From positions 96,001 through 160,000 of IMG/VR virus record IMGVR_UViG_3300044719_000048: DNA of 64,000 nt. One strand, written 5' to 3'. This stretch comes from a virus. Taxonomy: Duplodnaviria > Caudoviricetes. The notes beneath the pieces are model-generated. The model was not told the origin of the DNA and did not search any database. It saw only the letters and a program-made list of their open reading frames with translations. Shown one piece after another: positions 28,311 to 36,242 of this stretch (position 1 is its first letter; the number at the start of each line of letters is the position of its first letter). The position numbers were made by a program, and so were the translations under genes.

Positions 28311-28831
28311 TCTGTCTCTCCTTGTGCTTTCCTGAAATCGATCTCGTGTTTGAGCCACGCGAAGACCTTCTGCTGCGTGGCCTCATCGTGATGCAGGTCT
28401 TTGACCGTGAACGAGAGCGGAAGATTGCCGCCCGTGCGCAGGGTGTACAGCTTGCAGGGCTCCTTCGTACGAGGCAGCTCCGCAATGGTATTGATCGCCT
28501 TCTCCAGATCGAGCGCCAACTTCAGGGGCTTGGCGCCTCTCAGCTGAACGAATATGGCCGGAGTGAACCTAATCGGCAGATCGTTCAACTCGATTCGACT
28601 GATAGGAGCAGTGCTCGAATCGCCATTGATCTCGATTGGCAGAACCGATATGCGATGCCACCGTCCGTTGATCTTTATGAGATGCACCGCGCCTACATAG
28701 AAGTGGTTCTTCGTGGCTTTCCCAATCGCGTGTGCCTCGTCCTTCGTCCAGGCGTACCCATGAACATGGCGCTTGTTGTACCCACCGCCAGTCAAGGTGT
28801 ACACCTCAAAACCCTGCTTAATCACTTCCAT
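28307..28831 (-). CDS. Hypothetical protein
   Basis: Start MEVIKQ after AAGGAG. Confidence 0.6.
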   Translation of the reverse strand: MEVIKQGFEVYTLTGGGYNKRHVHGYAWTKDEAHAIGKATKNHFYVGAVHLIKINGRWHRISVLPIEINGDSSTAPISRIELNDLPIRFTPAIFVQLRGAKPLKLALDLEKAINTIAELPRTKEPCKLYTLRTGGNLPLSFTVKDLHHDEATQQKVFAWLKHEIDFRKAQGETE

Positions 28832-28851
28832 TCTCCTTCGGTCAAAAACTG

Positions 28852-28859
28852 TATTTACT
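28852..28859 (-). promoter_or_regulatory. AGTAAATA putative promoter
   Basis: Exact octamer at a gene junction. Confidence 0.55.
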
Positions 28860-29043
28860 GTTCGTCCTCGAGTGCAAGGCCGACTGCGAGTGCGACGCAG
28901 CCGACCAGCATGATGAAGTAGACGACCGTGCTCGGCCCTTTGAACTCGCCACCGCCGATGACGAAGCCGATAGTCATGACGACACACAGGACAACGGAAA
29001 TCAAGGACGCGAGCTTCATGCGGCGCTTCAGCTTGTCTTTCAC
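28855..29043 (-). CDS. Small two-TM membrane protein
   Basis: Two hydrophobic helices. Confidence 0.55.
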   Translation of the reverse strand: MKDKLKRRMKLASLISVVLCVVMTIGFVIGGGEFKGPSTVVYFIMLVGCVALAVGLALEDEQ

Positions 29044-29261
29044 TGTTCCTCCTTGATCTGCTCAGGGCGCTTCAACGACACTTTGATGACCAGACACGCA
29101 AGGTAGATCTCCAGAATGGTATAGATGAGGAGACCGATGTTCCAAGCGTGGAGCTTGAACGTGCCACCCACCGTCAGGTAGATAGCAGTGATTCCCGCAC
29201 TCACCAGCAGGAACGTGATGAGTGAAGAGGCGACGATGACGAAACGTTCTACAGACTTCAT
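29040..29261 (-). CDS. Small two-TM membrane protein
   Basis: Two hydrophobic helices. Confidence 0.55.
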   Translation of the reverse strand: MKSVERFVIVASSLITFLLVSAGITAIYLTVGGTFKLHAWNIGLLIYTILEIYLACLVIKVSLKRPEQIKEEQ

Positions 29262-29262
29262 G

Positions 29263-29454
29263 TTACCCTCGTGGTTGAAGTGACGAGAGATAGCGCTCTC
29301 GATCGCGGGTTAGCTGCTCTAAGACGAGACCCGAGTAACCGCACTCTTTCAAACGCTTGATGTGCCACTCACGGAAGTCGTCGATCTGCTGTTGGGTCCA
29401 AGTAGGTTTCTTCATCTCAGTTGTGGAAGTTGGGAATGCACGGCACACCGTCAT
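29263..29454 (-). CDS. Hypothetical protein, start uncertain
   Basis: Short ORF in operon. Confidence 0.45.
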   Translation of the reverse strand: MTVCRAFPTSTTEMKKPTWTQQQIDDFREWHIKRLKECGYSGLVLEQLTRDRERYLSSLQPRG

Positions 29455-29770
29455 GATGCGCCTGACTGTCTAAGGTACGAATCAAGTCAGTGAAGTCGGC
29501 CAACTGATCGTCGTGATAGTGGAGAACCGCCGTCTCCAGTTCGCATAGCAGCTTGGGGTTCTTGCAGATGCAGGCCACCATCCTCAACTCAGGCAGACCA
29601 CGCAGGATGACCTGACAGTGAGCCTTCACTGCGCTAGTCAGGAGCAGAGGGTGCCACGCCACTATATTCGGAGTGACTCGCGTGCCTTGTATCACATCAC
29701 CACTACTTGTGAGGATCATGATCTTACCTGCCGGTGGATCGCTGTCGATGCCTATGTAGTTCCAGTTCAT
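29417..29770 (-). CDS. Hypothetical protein
   Basis: Coupled ORF. Confidence 0.55.
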   Translation of the reverse strand: MNWNYIGIDSDPPAGKIMILTSSGDVIQGTRVTPNIVAWHPLLLTSAVKAHCQVILRGLPELRMVACICKNPKLLCELETAVLHYHDDQLADFTDLIRTLDSQAHHDGVPCIPNFHN

Positions 29771-29979
29771 TTGTCACTCCTCTTCAACGCCTGAGCACGT
29801 TCCCACGTGATGCACAGCTGCACGGCGGCGAGAAGCATCAATATGAGAACACCCGGAGCACGATCATCGCCAGCCACGTAATAGGTCAGCTTGACTATCC
29901 CAAATACGATGCCAGCTAGGATTGCCATCATCAGCATTCCACCCAGTTCGTAGACCAAAGCCTTGATAAAATACTTCAT
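29767..29979 (-). CDS. Small two-TM membrane protein
   Basis: Two hydrophobic helices. Confidence 0.55.
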   Translation of the reverse strand: MKYFIKALVYELGGMLMMAILAGIVFGIVKLTYYVAGDDRAPGVLILMLLAAVQLCITWERAQALKRSDK

Positions 29980-30257
29980 ACCACTCTCCTCAGCAGCTTT
30001 GCGTGAATGGTGGGCACCCGTACTGAGCGCACCAGCTTGAAACCAAGTGCATCCAATGCGGCACCGTATTCGTCAGCACGGGTGAGCAGTTGAGCCTCAT
30101 ACATCACACCTACTGCACCGCTCGGATGAGCGTATAGCAGCAGACCGACGGACTGAATATTTCTGGCGATAGCCCGGTCTCTGCGTACAGAATTGCGCCA
30201 GCGATCTTCGACTGCAGTCAGGTCTTCGTTGCAGTGCAGATGGATTGGTAACTTCAT
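29976..30257 (-). CDS. Hypothetical protein
   Basis: Coupled ORF. Confidence 0.55.
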   Translation of the reverse strand: MKLPIHLHCNEDLTAVEDRWRNSVRRDRAIARNIQSVGLLLYAHPSGAVGVMYEAQLLTRADEYGAALDALGFKLVRSVRVPTIHAKLLRRVV

Positions 30258-30817
30258 GTGCCCTCCAGTTGAGGCAATGCGAACGGCAGACCAGTGGTCT
30301 TGATCTCAACGCCGAGCTCTTTGGTCATCTCCCGCGCCGTCTGAACGAGCTGCGCAGGGAACTCCAAAGTGGTTGCGCCGTCGAGCCAAGCATTGAAAGC
30401 CTTACTCATGCCAGCCATGATGGGCAGGATCTCCGCGCCAGTCAGTACGATTTCTGGCAACGTTGGACCTGGGTAGGCCAATGTGTCCCACCACTCGTCC
30501 TCCACGACCCTTACACAATTATGAGCATAGCTGGCATGCCACAGCTCGAGAGGCCGGTCGAACAATGGCAGAAGATAGAGCTCAACCAACGCCATAAGGC
30601 AGAAGTCATCGAACGTTGTGGTCTGCTTTTCTGCGTAGGCACGATCCTGCGTGGCCTCGAGCTCAGGCACTTCATACAGGTAGTCGTCGAGTAGATCACC
30701 ATCGTTGAATCCGTTCTTGCACCAGAGATGATGCCCCACGAGACGTATGGGGTAGTTAGGCAAGTCAGACCGCCTCATGAAGGGCTGAAAGTTCACGAGC
30801 CTCATATAGCACCCCAC
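30254..30817 (-). CDS. Hypothetical protein
   Basis: K.GF.DGD.L and HN.VR motifs; coupled ORF. Confidence 0.6.
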   Translation of the reverse strand: MGCYMRLVNFQPFMRRSDLPNYPIRLVGHHLWCKNGFNDGDLLDDYLYEVPELEATQDRAYAEKQTTTFDDFCLMALVELYLLPLFDRPLELWHASYAHNCVRVVEDEWWDTLAYPGPTLPEIVLTGAEILPIMAGMSKAFNAWLDGATTLEFPAQLVQTAREMTKELGVEIKTTGLPFALPQLEGT

Positions 30818-31200
30818 TCTGATAATTTTTCACCTGGTAGTCGAATTACCGTAAGTGAGTCCTCATCATAACCCCCAAGCAGTGCACCCTGAGCCCGACT
30901 GTGACACATAACGTAGAGACCATCTCTACGAAGAGCGTCAGCGTTCTTGTCAACCTCTTCGAGTTTCTCCTGAGCCTTACGACTGAATGACAAACTGTAG
31001 AGTGGACTACCATCACAATCTCTACTATGGTGCACGACGAACAAGCGAAGACCTCGCGTAGGCTCTACGTCAAGGGGATCATCAGCGCTAATAATCTCAA
31101 CCAGAGCGCCTATAGGTATTTTGTGAGCACGTTCAAGATTGTTCTGTCGTATAGTTTTGCCGTTTTCTTCGACAATATCACTAGCCATAATGATTTTCAT
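30802..31200 (-). CDS. Hypothetical protein
   Basis: Start MKIIM after GGAGG; H.RDCDG.PLY motif. Confidence 0.65.
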   Translation of the reverse strand: MKIIMASDIVEENGKTIRQNNLERAHKIPIGALVEIISADDPLDVEPTRGLRLFVVHHSRDCDGSPLYSLSFSRKAQEKLEEVDKNADALRRDGLYVMCHSRAQGALLGGYDEDSLTVIRLPGEKLSEWGAI

Positions 31201-31217
31201 ACTTCCTCCCGTTACTC

Positions 31218-31225
31218 TATTTACT
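31218..31225 (-). promoter_or_regulatory. AGTAAATA putative promoter
   Basis: Exact octamer just downstream of a terminator. Confidence 0.65.
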
Positions 31226-31233
31226 TCCAAACG

Positions 31234-31270
31234 AAAAGAGGGAGCTACCAATGCGAACGGTAGCTCCCTC
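31234..31270 (-). terminator. Intrinsic terminator
   Basis: 12-bp stem GAGGGAGCTACC/GGTAGCTCCCTC plus U-run. Confidence 0.8.
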
Positions 31271-31274
31271 CTCG

Positions 31275-31472
31275 TTACAGCAAGTTGCTGAACCAACGAG
31301 ATATGCGCTGCCACCACGTTGGTTTCTTCACGGTCTTCACTTGCTGGACTGTGCGCTCAGGACCATAGAGCGCAGCTCCTCGCGTGATGCGAACGTGATC
31401 GATTGCTCCACTTGAAGGAGCGTCAGTCACTGCTGTGTCGGAACGGGAATCCGATGGTTGTACGAAGGTCAT
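31275..31472 (-). CDS. Hypothetical protein
   Basis: RBS; C-terminal amphipathic WWQRISRWF. Confidence 0.55.
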   Translation of the reverse strand: MTFVQPSDSRSDTAVTDAPSSGAIDHVRITRGAALYGPERTVQQVKTVKKPTWWQRISRWFSNLL

Positions 31473-31484
31473 CTACTTCTCCTA

Positions 31485-31979
31485 TCACAGGTTGTTGACC
31501 AACCACTGCAGACGTTGCAGTGAGGTCTTGATGTCGCCGAGATGATGAACGGTGAAGCCTCCTGCTGTCTCCCACGCCGCGCAGTTGTCCTCTCGATCAT
31601 CGATCAGAATGTCGCCGGGCTTGCAGTGGCGCCACTTGTCTTTCGAGTGCGGGCCGATCAGGACCTCAGGTGGCGAGCCCAGAAAGATCCTGTCCTTGTG
31701 ATCCAACACCCAGTCCCGCTTGTTGCCCTCCGCAGAGGGCATAGAGGACTTGCGCGGGATAGCGGTCAGGATCTTACTAGGCAGTGCGTGATGACAGATG
31801 GCGGCCCACAGCTGCGCGGCATAAGGCGTGGGCTTCATCATCCTGAAGACGTTGGGAATCTCCTGGAGCTCGGCCCACATCGTGTCGTCATCCACCTGAG
31901 CCTTGGCAGAAAGGTGCTCGCGCTTGAAGCGGTCGAAGTCGACGAGAACTCCGTCCATGTCGCAGTAGATAGTAGTCAT
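31485..31979 (-). CDS. HAD 5'(3')-deoxyribonucleotidase-like protein
   Basis: IYCDMDGVLVDF, ILTA, K..WV, ILIDD...N...W...GG. Confidence 0.85.
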   Translation of the reverse strand: MTTIYCDMDGVLVDFDRFKREHLSAKAQVDDDTMWAELQEIPNVFRMMKPTPYAAQLWAAICHHALPSKILTAIPRKSSMPSAEGNKRDWVLDHKDRIFLGSPPEVLIGPHSKDKWRHCKPGDILIDDREDNCAAWETAGGFTVHHLGDIKTSLQRLQWLVNNL

Positions 31980-32251
31980 TTGTTCACCATGAGGTTGATG
32001 GCTTCTTCGATCTCAGCCACTGATTGCTGGGTCTGTTTCAAGGTCGCGTGCATATCCTTGCCGCTCCACATGCAGAGGCGCCCGTGATTGGTGGTCAGGG
32101 CCTTGACCTTGCCGTCTTCGCACTGGACTATCCAGCCCTTGTTGTCGGCCTCCCAGCCGACGTGCATGATCGTCGCTTCGAGGAGGACCTTGACGATCTT
32201 GGTCTTGACGAGACCCTTGCGTAGCGCGGTGTCCTTCTGGAGTTGATTCAT
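31976..32251 (-). CDS. Hypothetical protein
   Basis: Start MNQLQK; GWEADN.GW and TNHG motifs. Confidence 0.6.
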   Translation of the reverse strand: MNQLQKDTALRKGLVKTKIVKVLLEATIMHVGWEADNKGWIVQCEDGKVKALTTNHGRLCMWSGKDMHATLKQTQQSVAEIEEAINLMVNK

Positions 32252-33162
32252 CGTGGTCTCATTAAAAGGGTGTTGGCAATGGCATCTCGGTCGGATTGCC
32301 ACATCTGAGCGGGCAGCATATCGACCTCGAACCACTTGAGATCGGAGAACTCGTGATGGGCAGTGATCTTTGGCTCTTCGCCTGCCACGTAGGCCGTGAA
32401 GTACAGCATGAGGTACTTGCGCGTCGGGTTCTCATTGTTGTAGGAGAACGAGACCGGGCGCAGACCCACGAGGTTGGAGACTCCGATTTCCTCTCGTGTC
32501 TCGCGTCGCACGCAATCCTCTGGCGACTCGTCGGAATTCTGTTTGCCTCCCGGCAGGACCCAGTGGTCGAAACCCTCTTCTTTCTTGCGCTTGCCAAGCA
32601 AGACCTGCGGCGTGCGTGACGAAGGGAACTGGGCTTTGAGTGCGACGAGTGCACAGCCGATGAGATCGATGGCCGGCCCCTTCTCAGCAGGCGGCTCATG
32701 TAGGACTGGTCCCAGGTAGAGGGGCGTGAACCCCTTCAGACTCGGGTACAGCAGCTTACCTGGTCGCTGCCAGCACCAGCCTTTGTAGACCTCTATCTCA
32801 GGCGGGCAGTCAAGTTGCGGCGTAGTGTATAAGCCGCGCACACGAGCACTCTCCGTACCAACCTCCTTGGCATAGTTCTCTGGAGTCTGGTACACGTAGT
32901 CACCCGGACGCCACTCCAATCTGTAGCCCAAGAGGACAGACCTAGGTGGTTCAACGTCTTTCGTGATACTCGCAGTCACGAGCTCAGACACGCGCTGCTG
33001 GAAGTCAGTATCCTCCGCGGCAGTAATCAAGTCGGTGGCCGGACCTGGCTCCGCGCTGAAAATCAGAGGCGCACGAGTGTCGCACTCACCTGTGCCTTTG
33101 CAGACATCGCAGTTGGGGTCAACCGTGTACCCGCAGCTAGTGCAGGCATCTTTTTTGTTCAT
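32248..33162 (-). CDS. Nudix hydrolase with N-terminal Cys-rich module
   Basis: Nudix box GGKQNSDESPEDCVRRETREEIG; CTSC...CDVCKGTG. Confidence 0.88.
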   Translation of the reverse strand: MNKKDACTSCGYTVDPNCDVCKGTGECDTRAPLIFSAEPGPATDLITAAEDTDFQQRVSELVTASITKDVEPPRSVLLGYRLEWRPGDYVYQTPENYAKEVGTESARVRGLYTTPQLDCPPEIEVYKGWCWQRPGKLLYPSLKGFTPLYLGPVLHEPPAEKGPAIDLIGCALVALKAQFPSSRTPQVLLGKRKKEEGFDHWVLPGGKQNSDESPEDCVRRETREEIGVSNLVGLRPVSFSYNNENPTRKYLMLYFTAYVAGEEPKITAHHEFSDLKWFEVDMLPAQMWQSDRDAIANTLLMRPR

Positions 33163-33335
33163 TTTCTTTTCCTTGCCGCTCTCGCGGCTTTAGCTTTCTT
33201 GCGGTTGAGGGGCTTGGACTTGCTGATTGGTACGGCATTGCCTACACGAGAGCGATGTTCGTACTTGCGTAGTACGCCGGCCTTCCATTCAGCTATATCG
33301 AAGTCAATAGGATTTACAGTGAGTAAGGATTGCAT
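33159..33335 (-). CDS. Small basic protein (58 aa, not in ORF track)
   Basis: MQSLLTVNP...KKAKAARAARKRK; stop overlaps the Nudix start. Confidence 0.5.
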   Translation of the reverse strand: MQSLLTVNPIDFDIAEWKAGVLRKYEHRSRVGNAVPISKSKPLNRKKAKAARAARKRK

Positions 33336-33342
33336 TGTACAC

Positions 33343-33522
33343 TCAAGGCTGGTCTTGCCGTTTTCGACGAATGTTTCTCAAGTTGCGTATGTGCTGTGCC
33401 CTATGATGCAAGATCAGCAGTAAGGCAAGGAGCAGGACGGCCAGGGCGATTACGACGAGCACTGACACACCCGCAACGAAGTCAGAAACGCGGTGAGCTG
33501 CCCAATACAAGTTGGCTTTCAT
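33343..33522 (-). CDS. Small membrane protein
   Basis: Start MKANLY; one long hydrophobic helix. Confidence 0.5.
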   Translation of the reverse strand: MKANLYWAAHRVSDFVAGVSVLVVIALAVLLLALLLILHHRAQHIRNLRNIRRKRQDQP

Positions 33523-34064
33523 TTTCCCTCCTGCGTTTTGTTCAAAGCCTCGAAGTACCGATCCTCTGCATGGGCCTTGGCGTCGTCTAGATCGCAGTAG
33601 CTCCGCACACCAACGACATCTTGCAACGGGTGCTCGTCGACTGTGAACCCGGGATCGTCTTTCCAGCCCTTCCACGTGATCAGGATTCGACCGAAAGGGG
33701 TTTCAGCAATCACGTGGTTGTACATGATCTCCGAGTTAGCCTTAGAGGGATTCGACCACTCCAAGGTTCGGCGCTTGGTCGGTTGAGGAGCCGAGGCCTC
33801 TGCGGACTTGCGTGCCTCCCGTTTGCGCGTGATCTCTTCCTGTGCGGCCTCTCGGTTGCCCTTCACGGCCTCCACGATTACGGTGGCGCTGACCTGGGTG
33901 AAGCGCGACTCCCACTCGGCTAAAGGGCGATGCCATGTACTGGGCTCGAACGGCCACACGTGCTCATAGACCACCCAAGTGGACTTATCGACTGTCGATG
34001 TCGAGAGCTCCTTGAGACGATAGAGACCACCATCGGTGTGTTGGAAGAACTGAACGCTACTCAT
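33519..34064 (-). CDS. DUF1653-like domain protein
   Basis: FQH.DGGLY...VVY......W.RP..EW..RF. Confidence 0.7.
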   Translation of the reverse strand: MSSVQFFQHTDGGLYRLKELSTSTVDKSTWVVYEHVWPFEPSTWHRPLAEWESRFTQVSATVIVEAVKGNREAAQEEITRKREARKSAEASAPQPTKRRTLEWSNPSKANSEIMYNHVIAETPFGRILITWKGWKDDPGFTVDEHPLQDVVGVRSYCDLDDAKAHAEDRYFEALNKTQEGK

Positions 34065-34176
34065 CGCGTCCTCCCGTGCTGCCAAGCTGTGGCGGATCGC
34101 CATGCAGTGGTGAACTGACGCACAGTCTTCCCTTGGTTGCTCAAGGCTCGACTGAGTGCTTTGTGCAAATCAGGCA

Positions 34177-35334
34177 TCATTGCTGTTCTCCCCTAGTTAC
34201 TTCGGTTGAGGTCCTTCGCTCTGCGTCGCCTACGTCGAACGACAGGGACGGCTTGCCGCCAAACCTGTTTTCCTTGAAACGCCACTTCCCGGCGTGACGC
34301 TCGATTGGCCACTCAACACCCTGATCGTTGAGAACTAGCAGATCGGTGGGTATTGGAGCGTTGTAGCCGCTGTGCTTGTCGAAGTCGTATCCGTCATCCA
34401 TCATATCCGGCTTCTCAGCTCGTTCGCCTATCAGCCAGCGAACACGGTCGGCCTCGTATCGCACGCGGTCAGGATATTCAGATCGGTCGATGGTTATGCC
34501 TTCGGTGAAGATGTCGAAGCCTTTTGAGCACTTGCGATACAGAACTGCCGTAAAGTTCGATTTGCCGTTCGACTCCGGCATCGCACCGTACCAGACTGTC
34601 AAGGCAGGTTGCTGTTCACGACTTGCTCTGTCAGGTGCGTCGTCCTTCGACAGGAGCTTGCCACAATCCGCGCACTTCCAGCCTGTGTTGGTCACAACAC
34701 CCACAGCAGTAGTGGTAGTCCTCTTGCGCTCGCACTCGGTCTTCGTCTCAGCAGCTATAGCTGCGCGAATGTCTTCCGCGAGTTCCGTCAGTGTGTCGTG
34801 ATATTCTCGGCCAGCGTCCCCGTAGTGCCAGATGGTCGAACCGTCGTCCGGGTCTTCGCTCGTGTTCTCCTGCATGTACTGTTCGGCGCGCTTCTCGATG
34901 AACTTGATGGCGAAGTCGCTGGCTCTAATAGGAGCGGTGTACAGTTTCGTGCCGTCTGGAAGAGGCGGTTCCACAAGACACTGAAATCCTTGTTCATGGT
35001 TGACCCATTCTGCTACCGGCGCAGCATCACCCAAGGCGCGGTCGGCGGATTCAACTTGTGTGAGTGCGAGCTCGCGATACTTGGCGACTATCTCATGAAA
35101 CACTGAGCTCACGTCTGCGTCGCGGTGGCTGTTAAGCCACTCCTGAAAGGCACGAACAACTGGCAGTTCTCCGTGGGCGGATTCATCTGTCTTCTCATGT
35201 GCCGCCTGGAACTCGAAGGACGAGTCATCCTTTCGGTGCTCAAACTCGGCTTGCGAGATCGGCCTCCAGTCAGTCCAGCTCTCATCACCTGCGCAGTGTC
35301 TCCGTGCCAGCCACGGCAATTTGGTTTCGCTCAT
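34177..35334 (-). CDS. Mosaic hypothetical phage protein
   Basis: 385-aa ORF; PVA.W...LPDGTKLY and VWYG.MPESNGK.N.TA.L modules typical of accessory phage proteins. Confidence 0.7.
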   Translation of the reverse strand: MSETKLPWLARRHCAGDESWTDWRPISQAEFEHRKDDSSFEFQAAHEKTDESAHGELPVVRAFQEWLNSHRDADVSSVFHEIVAKYRELALTQVESADRALGDAAPVAEWVNHEQGFQCLVEPPLPDGTKLYTAPIRASDFAIKFIEKRAEQYMQENTSEDPDDGSTIWHYGDAGREYHDTLTELAEDIRAAIAAETKTECERKRTTTTAVGVVTNTGWKCADCGKLLSKDDAPDRASREQQPALTVWYGAMPESNGKSNFTAVLYRKCSKGFDIFTEGITIDRSEYPDRVRYEADRVRWLIGERAEKPDMMDDGYDFDKHSGYNAPIPTDLLVLNDQGVEWPIERHAGKWRFKENRFGGKPSLSFDVGDAERRTSTEVTRGEQQ

Positions 35335-35672
35335 CGGTTGTTCCTCCTGGCCTTACGTGCGGCCCTCGTCTTCGCTCTGTTCTTCCACTTGCGGACCTTC
35401 GGCTTGTTGCCGGACCTGTCGCGCTGACGCCGCTCCATCACCATATCGTATGGACCTGATTGACAGGCCTCCTCGAAGTTGGTTACTGTAGTCGGAAGAT
35501 CAGTGACCGCAGCGTTTGAGTAGACGACGCTCAGGTCTATAACTGAATCGGTGACGCTGCCTGCCGCCAAAGGCACATCTAGCCCTCGCATGACCTTCTT
35601 GGTCACATCAGAGAGACTCGGTACACCTACAGGATCGAGCTCCTGCAATTTCTGGAATTGTTCATCTTTCAT
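35331..35672 (-). CDS. Hypothetical protein with basic tail
   Basis: Start MKDEQF; RAKTRAARKARRNNR. Confidence 0.6.
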   Translation of the reverse strand: MKDEQFQKLQELDPVGVPSLSDVTKKVMRGLDVPLAAGSVTDSVIDLSVVYSNAAVTDLPTTVTNFEEACQSGPYDMVMERRQRDRSGNKPKVRKWKNRAKTRAARKARRNNR

Positions 35673-35842
35673 TTCTGCACTCCCCTGTAGAGTTGTTTGT
35701 GCAGGACGTCCATGACTGCGTACGCACCTTTCGGCGTCGTGCCCCATCCGATGACGTAGTCCTTGACGCAGTACCACAGCTTGTGTGTCATGCACTTGCC
35801 GATCTTAGGCTTCTCGTTGGTTGGTACAGCAGTTGCGATCAT
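35669..35842 (-). CDS. Small hypothetical protein (57 aa, not in ORF track)
   Basis: MIATAVPT...GWGTTPKGAY; 4-bp overlaps on both sides. Confidence 0.55.
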   Translation of the reverse strand: MIATAVPTNEKPKIGKCMTHKLWYCVKDYVIGWGTTPKGAYAVMDVLHKQLYRGVQK

Positions 35843-36015
35843 TCGTCGTCCTTTCGTTTAAAGGGAAATATCAGTTGGTAGGAGGTCACGAAGATGCCCC
35901 ACATAGAAGTCAGATCGACAGGTAGGTGGTGCTTGAGTTGCTGTGCTTCCTGTTGGGTCCGTACCTGCTGTTCACGCTTGGCTCGGTATGCTGCAAGGTC
36001 AATAACGTTACTCAT
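35839..36015 (-). CDS. Small hypothetical protein
   Basis: MSNVIDLAAYR start after GGAGG. Confidence 0.6.
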   Translation of the reverse strand: MSNVIDLAAYRAKREQQVRTQQEAQQLKHHLPVDLTSMWGIFVTSYQLIFPFKRKDDE

Positions 36016-36035
36016 CGTATCCTCCATTTGTCTTG

Positions 36036-36043
36036 TATTTACT
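36036..36043 (-). promoter_or_regulatory. AGTAAATA putative promoter, leftward
   Basis: Exact octamer at the divergence point. Confidence 0.65.
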
Positions 36044-36074
36044 GGTTGGGTGCAACAGGGCACGGAGTCATAAT

Positions 36075-36211
36075 TTCCGCGTACTAGTATGTTACGAGAG
36101 GGAGCAGTGGAGAAATTCCTGATTCGAGAAGCTAGGTCAGTCGTGAATACGTAATATACCTTTGTATATACATGTACTTATGAATTCTTGGAATCAACCT
36201 AGTACGCGGAA
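36075..36211. repeat. 13-bp perfect inverted repeat flanking an AT-rich core (candidate origin)
   Basis: TTCCGCGTACTAG 36075-36087 and CTAGTACGCGGAA 36199-36211; TGTATATACA palindrome inside. Confidence 0.7.
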
Positions 36212-36214
36212 CTT

Positions 36215-36222
36215 AGTAAATA
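36215..36222 (+). promoter_or_regulatory. AGTAAATA putative promoter, rightward
   Basis: Exact octamer 20 bp before the start codon. Confidence 0.65.
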
Positions 36223-36242
36223 TTTGGCAGGAAAGGAGCACC

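Noticed and set aside
28855-29979. Small two-TM proteins as holins
   Set aside because: Not adjacent to the spanins or any endolysin; topology alone is insufficient
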